This document shows positions 59,056-64,000 of a DNA stretch of 64,000 bases, in pieces. Position 1 is the stretch's first letter. Every line of letters starts with the position of its first letter. A program made the translations under genes and the position numbers. The notes under the pieces are model-generated. The model was given only the letters and a program-made list of their open reading frames with translations, searched no databases and had not been told where the DNA came from. Origin of the DNA: an uncultured Actinomycetota bacterium (GTDB lineage Bacteria; Actinomycetota; Actinomycetes; Actinomycetales; JBBAYJ01); contig CAVWYQ010000001.1 in assembly GCA_963759255.1 (NCBI GenBank), forward strand, positions 696,930 to 760,929, read 5' to 3'.

Positions 59056-59065
59056 CGGCCCGGGC

Positions 59066-59824
59066 TCAGCCGGCGGCCGCAGCCCGGGCGACGGCGTCCT
59101 CGAGCTCCTCGGGGGTGCGCGCCTCCGTCGGTACCCCGTCCACCCAGATGGTGGGGGTGCCGGACACGCCGAGCTGCTGGGCCTGGGCCGTGCTGCGGGC
59201 CACCCAGTCCAGGTACGTGCCCGCCTGGATGCACGCGGCCGTGTCGTCGCCTGCCCCCACCGACCCGGCCAGCCGGGCGAGCGCCTCGTCGTCGGGTCCT
59301 GGGCCGCCCTCCGCGGGCTGCGCCGCGAACAGGGCGTCCTTGTAGGCCGCGAACGCGGCCGGGCCGTCCAGCTCGGCGACGCAGACCGCCGCCGCGGCCG
59401 AGCGGGTGGAGTACTCGCTGCCGGCGCTCAGCCGGTCGAGGATGGCGATCGGCCGGTACTCCACGGTGGCCTCGGACCCCTCGGCGAGCGAGCCCAGGTA
59501 CGCCCCGCTGACCTCCTCCAGCTGTCGGCAGGCCGGGCAGAGGAAGTCCTCGTACACGGTGAGGAGCACGTCCCCGCTGCCACCCACCACGATCCCGCCC
59601 GTCTCGTCCAGCCCTTCGGCGGGGGAGCCCGGGAACGCCTGCCGCTGCGCCACCGCCGGGACCGCACTGTCCCCGTCCGACCGGTCGCGACCGGCCGCGA
59701 CCACCGCGGCGACGGTCACCCCGACCAGGACGAGGACCACGGCCGCGGTGACCACGAGCAGGACCGGCACCGCCCTGCCCCGGTCGTCCCGGAGCAGGGC
59801 GGTCTGACGAGGGCGACGAGTCAT
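59066..59824 (-). CDS. Membrane-anchored DsbA-like thioredoxin
   Basis: YEDFLCPAC, YSTRSA, GTPT. Confidence 0.92.
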   Translation of the reverse strand: MTRRPRQTALLRDDRGRAVPVLLVVTAAVVLVLVGVTVAAVVAAGRDRSDGDSAVPAVAQRQAFPGSPAEGLDETGGIVVGGSGDVLLTVYEDFLCPACRQLEEVSGAYLGSLAEGSEATVEYRPIAILDRLSAGSEYSTRSAAAAVCVAELDGPAAFAAYKDALFAAQPAEGGPGPDDEALARLAGSVGAGDDTAACIQAGTYLDWVARSTAQAQQLGVSGTPTIWVDGVPTEARTPEELEDAVARAAAAG

Positions 59825-59933
59825 GGGCTGTCCTTTCCTGCGGGCACCGCGGGCGCCCGGGCCGAGGGGTCGGCAGCCCAGTGTGCCGAGGCCCCGCGGC
59901 GCCGCAGCGGGCGGACCCCCCGTCACACCCCCG

Positions 59934-61184
59934 TCACACGCCCCAGATACCGGTGTAGATGTCGCGGTAGCCGCTGTCCGGGTCGTAGAGGTCCCCGTCC
60001 TCGGCGTTGGTCGTGTCGGTGACGTGCACCGGGGCGAAGTAGTCGGTGGCGGGCTCTCCGGCCAGCGCCCGGTTGAGCTCGTCCACCAGCTGCCAGCCCT
60101 GCTCGTTGAGCGGCTCGGGCACGGTGACCGTCTGGAACTCCCCGTTGCGGATGCGGTCGAAGGCCGCGGACGACCCGTCTCCGGCCCCGACGTTGAACGG
60201 CGCGCCGGTGCCCTCCCGACCGGCCGCACGCAGGGCAGGGGCGGCGTTGTCGTAGTAGAGGTCGTTGATCGCGACGGAGTGGGTCCAGTCGTCCGGGAAC
60301 TCCCCGAGCAGCGTGGACACCTCCTGCGGGGTCCGCGTGGCCGCGTCCGGGATCGGGATGTTCTCGGTGGACAGCACCTCGACGGACTCGCAGGACTCCA
60401 GACCGGCCTGGATCATGTCGGACTTGCCCTTGGCGAACGGGATGCTCGCGTCGGTGAAGATGACCGCCCCGGCCGTCCCGCCGGAGTCGACGATGATCCA
60501 CTGGGCGCTGATGAGGGCCACGTCCTCGACCCTCGTCGTCACGTTGGTGAACAGCTTGGGGTTCTCGCTCGGGCCCGGCGTGCCCACGGCGTGCCAGCCG
60601 GCCACCGGGATCCCCTGCGCCTCGGCCTGGTCGAGCTGCGCCTGCGTCGTCAGCGGGTCGAAGCCACCGATGATGATGGCGTCGGGGTTGAGGGTGAGCG
60701 CCTGGCTGAAGGCCGCCTGCTGCCCGGCGGGGCTGCCCTGCCCGTCGATGACGCGCGCCTCCCAGCCGATGACGCCGGCGGCCTCCTCGACGCCGTCGGC
60801 AACCCCCGTCACACCGGGGTTCGTGAGGTCCGCGGCGACGTAGACAACCGACTTCCCCTCCTGGGCGGCCGGGCCCTCGGTGGGTCCGGACCAGTCGGGG
60901 CTGGTGTCCCGGGCGGCGGCCACGGCGGTCTCGGCCTCGGCCAGCACCTCCGGGCAGGCGGGCTCCACGCCGGGGCGGCCGTTGCCGGTGGCGGGTGCCG
61001 CCTCGCCGGTCGAGGGGTCCGCGTCCGCGGAGGGAGACAGGTCGGCGGACGCGGCGGGCTCCGGGTCGGGCGCCGCCTCGGTCTCGGAGCCGCGCGAGCA
61101 CGCGGCCAGCAGGGCCAGCGGGACGAGCGATCCGGCGAGCAGGGCGGTCCGGCGCGAGCGCCGCACGGGGGGGACCAGGGACAT
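59934..61184 (-). CDS. Sugar ABC substrate-binding lipoprotein (RbsB-like)
   Basis: LAAC lipobox, IDGQG, AINDL, AGDG, TVPEP. Confidence 0.9.
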   Translation of the reverse strand: MSLVPPVRRSRRTALLAGSLVPLALLAACSRGSETEAAPDPEPAASADLSPSADADPSTGEAAPATGNGRPGVEPACPEVLAEAETAVAAARDTSPDWSGPTEGPAAQEGKSVVYVAADLTNPGVTGVADGVEEAAGVIGWEARVIDGQGSPAGQQAAFSQALTLNPDAIIIGGFDPLTTQAQLDQAEAQGIPVAGWHAVGTPGPSENPKLFTNVTTRVEDVALISAQWIIVDSGGTAGAVIFTDASIPFAKGKSDMIQAGLESCESVEVLSTENIPIPDAATRTPQEVSTLLGEFPDDWTHSVAINDLYYDNAAPALRAAGREGTGAPFNVGAGDGSSAAFDRIRNGEFQTVTVPEPLNEQGWQLVDELNRALAGEPATDYFAPVHVTDTTNAEDGDLYDPDSGYRDIYTGIWGV

Positions 61185-62377
61185 CAGGACTCCTTGCTCG
61201 GGCCCGCGGCGTCAGCGCCGTGGGAGGGGGTGGGGGACGCAGACGTGCGCTGTGGGCCGGCGGCCGAGCCGACGGGAGGCGACCCGTCGGGGGACGAGCC
61301 GGGGCCGGGGCCGGGAGGACCGGAGGGCGGGGGACCGCCGACGGAGCGTGCTGCGGCACCGACGGAGGAGCCGGACCGGGCGCGGCGGCGGGCGGCGTAG
61401 CCGGCGAGCCCGACGGCGGCCAGCAGCGTGAGGCCGTTGAACAGCGGCGTCGCCCAGAACTCGGCCCCGAGCTGCTGGATCCCCGAGAGCCCGACGGCGA
61501 GGACCGTGACGGCCACCAGCGTGCCCAGGGCGTTGGCCCGGCCCGGGCGGATGGTCGTGGATCCCAGGAGCGCGCCGACGAAGGCCGGCAGCAGGTAGTC
61601 CAGTCCGACACTCGGGTTGCCGATGCGCTGCTGGCTGGCCAGCAGCACCCCGGCCGCCGCCGTCACCACGCCGGAGCCGATGAAGGCGTAGACGACCACC
61701 CTCCGCTTGGGGATCGCGACCAGCTCCGCGGCCCGCGGGTTGGCGCCCACCACGTAGAGCCACCGCCCCAGGGGAAGGTGCTCCAGGACCACGTACAGGA
61801 CGACGACCAGGACCACGACGTACCAGAACGCGACGGGGAGACCGAGCAGCTCGGAGTTGACCAGGTCGGTGAAGGCACCGGGCAGGCCCTCCGTCCCGGG
61901 GACGATGCGACCGCCGCCGGTGATGGCCCCGGACACCGCGAACAGGACGCTGCCGGTGCCGAGCGTCGCGATGAAGGAGTCGATCTGCGCGAGCTCCACG
62001 AGGAAGCCGTTCACCACGCCCACGACGAGCCCGAGGACCAGGGTGGCGAGCACCGCCACGGGCCAGGCCACCCCCTGCTGCACGATCAGCCACAGGCACA
62101 GCACGTGCGCCAGGCCGAAGCCGTACCCGATGGACACGTCGAACCGGCCGGTGACGATGGGGATCGTGGCCCCCAGCGCCAGCAGGGCCGGGATCGACTG
62201 GTTGGCCATGATCGAGCGCACGTTGGCGAAGGTGGGGAAGGTCTCGGGCCGCAGCACCGAGAAGACCACGAACAGGACGACCACGAGGGCGGGGATCCCC
62301 CAGGTGCCCACGACGGCGCCGACGCTGCGCCGCGACGAGGACCGCGGGGTCGGGGCGGCGGTCGTCGTGCTGCTCAT
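61184..62377 (-). CDS. Sugar ABC permease (RbsC-like)
   Basis: FDVSIG, SFIATLG, GRWLYVVGAN..AA. Confidence 0.92.
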   Translation of the reverse strand: MSSTTTAAPTPRSSSRRSVGAVVGTWGIPALVVVLFVVFSVLRPETFPTFANVRSIMANQSIPALLALGATIPIVTGRFDVSIGYGFGLAHVLCLWLIVQQGVAWPVAVLATLVLGLVVGVVNGFLVELAQIDSFIATLGTGSVLFAVSGAITGGGRIVPGTEGLPGAFTDLVNSELLGLPVAFWYVVVLVVVLYVVLEHLPLGRWLYVVGANPRAAELVAIPKRRVVVYAFIGSGVVTAAAGVLLASQQRIGNPSVGLDYLLPAFVGALLGSTTIRPGRANALGTLVAVTVLAVGLSGIQQLGAEFWATPLFNGLTLLAAVGLAGYAARRRARSGSSVGAAARSVGGPPPSGPPGPGPGSSPDGSPPVGSAAGPQRTSASPTPSHGADAAGPSKES

Positions 62378-63858
62378 GCGACGTCCCGCGCGCCGGAGGA
62401 CAGCGCGACCAGGCGCTCCACGGTGAGCTGGTGCCGGGCGAGCTCCTCGACCACCCGTCCGTCCTTGAAGACCAGGGCGCGGTGGCACACGTTGACGACC
62501 TCTTCCACGTCGGTGGAGATGAGCAGCACACCGACCCCGCGGGACAGCGCGTCGTCGAGCAGGGCGTACAGGTCGGCCTTGGCACCCACGTCGACACCGG
62601 CCGTCGGCTCCTCCAGGACCAGCACCCTGGCGTCGGTGGAGAGCCACCGACCGATGACCACCTTCTGCTGGTTGCCGCCCGACAACGCCGTGACCAGCAG
62701 GTCCGGGTCGGTGGGCTGCACGCCGTAGGTGTCGATGAGGTCTCGCGCCTGGCGCTCCTGCGGCCGCGCGAACATCGGCTGCAGCATGCCGTGGCCGCGG
62801 ATCTGCGGGTTGGGGACGAGGTTCTCCAGGACCGTCAGGGTCGGCCCGAGGGCCTCCTCCAGCCGGTTGCTCGTCACGAAGGAGATGCCCGCCCGGACCG
62901 CCGCCCGCAGCGTGCCCGGTCGGTGCGGCCGGTCCCCCACCCGCACCTGCCCGGAGTGGAGCGGGAGGGCTCCGGCCACGCCGCGACCGAGCTCGGTCAT
63001 CCCCGCACCCGCGAGGCCGACCAGGCCCAGCACCTCGCCCCGCCCGACCGTCAACGACACCGGGCCGACGCGTTCGCCGACCACCTCGCGCAGCGTGAGG
63101 GCCGCGCCGGCACCGGTGGGGGCGGGCGCCGAGCGCGGTGCGGGCGGGGTCCGCCCGACGATCAGCCGGACCACCCCCTCGGGGCTCTGGTCGGCGATCG
63201 TCCCGGTGCCGACGACCCGGCCGTCCCGCAGCACCGCCATGTCGTCGGCGATCTCGAAGACCTCGTCCAGGCGGTGCGAGACGTAGACGATGCCCAGGCC
63301 GGAGTCGCGCAGCCGGCGGACGACGGAGAACAGCCGGTGGGTCTCGTCGACCGGGAGGCTGGCGGTCGGCTCGTCGAGGACGAGGACCTCGGCGTCGACC
63401 ACGAGGGCGCGTCCGATCGCGACGAGCGAGCGCTCCGTGCGCGACAGGTCGGCGACCGGGGTGGCCGGGTCCAGGTCGGCCCCCACCCCCGCCAGGGCCC
63501 GCTCGGCGAGCCGTCTCACCGCCGGCCACGAGATGAGGCCGCGCGAGCGGGGGAAGCCGGTCCCGAGGGCGACGTTCTCCGCGATGCTGAGCTCGGCCAC
63601 CAGACCCAGGTCCTGGTGGATGAAGGCCATCTTCGAGCGGGCACCAGGGGCCTCCAGCGGCAGCCCACCGACGGTGACGACGCCGGAGTCGGCGGTGTAC
63701 ACCCCGGCGAGCACCTTGATGACGGTGGACTTGCCCGCGCCGTTCTGCCCCAGCAGCGCCAGGACCCGGCCCGAGGTCACGTCCAGGTCGACGTCCGCCA
63801 GCGCCTGCGTGGCCCCGAACCGCTTGGACAGGCCGCGGACGCTGACCGCGGCCGTCAC
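62374..63858 (-). CDS. Sugar ABC ATP-binding protein (two NBDs, RbsA-like)
   Basis: GQNGAGKST, LDEPTA, LSGGNQQKV, EEPTAGVDVG. Confidence 0.95.
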   Translation of the reverse strand: MTAAVSVRGLSKRFGATQALADVDLDVTSGRVLALLGQNGAGKSTVIKVLAGVYTADSGVVTVGGLPLEAPGARSKMAFIHQDLGLVAELSIAENVALGTGFPRSRGLISWPAVRRLAERALAGVGADLDPATPVADLSRTERSLVAIGRALVVDAEVLVLDEPTASLPVDETHRLFSVVRRLRDSGLGIVYVSHRLDEVFEIADDMAVLRDGRVVGTGTIADQSPEGVVRLIVGRTPPAPRSAPAPTGAGAALTLREVVGERVGPVSLTVGRGEVLGLVGLAGAGMTELGRGVAGALPLHSGQVRVGDRPHRPGTLRAAVRAGISFVTSNRLEEALGPTLTVLENLVPNPQIRGHGMLQPMFARPQERQARDLIDTYGVQPTDPDLLVTALSGGNQQKVVIGRWLSTDARVLVLEEPTAGVDVGAKADLYALLDDALSRGVGVLLISTDVEEVVNVCHRALVFKDGRVVEELARHQLTVERLVALSSGARDVA

Positions 63859-64000
63859 CGGCCCGCACCCCCAGCACCATCGCTCATGGACAGCACTATG
63901 AACGGCGTCCAGTATTTTGACAAGCAGCTCGGACGAGTCAGGGGGCGGGGATGAGGGGGTTGCCCATGCCCTCGGCGATCCCCCTCAGCTCCGACAGCAG

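Noticed and set aside
2297-63954. Numerous long antisense or alternative-frame ORFs (e.g. 2297-4894, 11129-13402, 27041-29731, 31290-34487 extension)
   Set aside because: Arg/Gly/Pro-rich shadow ORFs expected at this GC content, overlapping well-supported genes

Overview
Very GC-rich actinobacterial chromosomal DNA (roughly 75% GC by eye) with about 60 genes. I found no integrase, transposase, prophage or CRISPR-Cas. 1-23 kb holds two tRNAs (Arg-ACG, Ser-GCT), cell-wall genes (Rpf-LysM, class B PBP, LCP), a partner-switching signalling cluster (two HATPase_c proteins and a GAF/PAS-SpoIIE phosphatase), dapE, and TerC under a yybP-ykoY Mn riboswitch. 23-58 kb looks like a dormancy/hypoxia island. 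It has a DosR/DevR-like regulator next to a USP gene, several GGGAC-N4-GTCCC Dos-box-like sites, two hsp20 copies (one internally deleted), DUF1918, a PNPOx-like protein, ADH, flavodoxin, two P-type ATPases (one a P1B-5-hemerythrin fusion) and an MBL-rhodanese. The island also has a sub-cluster marked by a second 17-bp palindrome (TCAYCC-N5-GGRTGA) around a stand-alone LuxR HTH gene. A GntR-linked operon encodes an ABC importer, an isochorismatase-family hydrolase, an MFS transporter and an atypical asparaginase-fold enzyme. The window ends with F420-dependent oxidoreductase, VKOR/DsbA and sugar ABC genes. All calls come from motif recognition by eye; no database searches were run.
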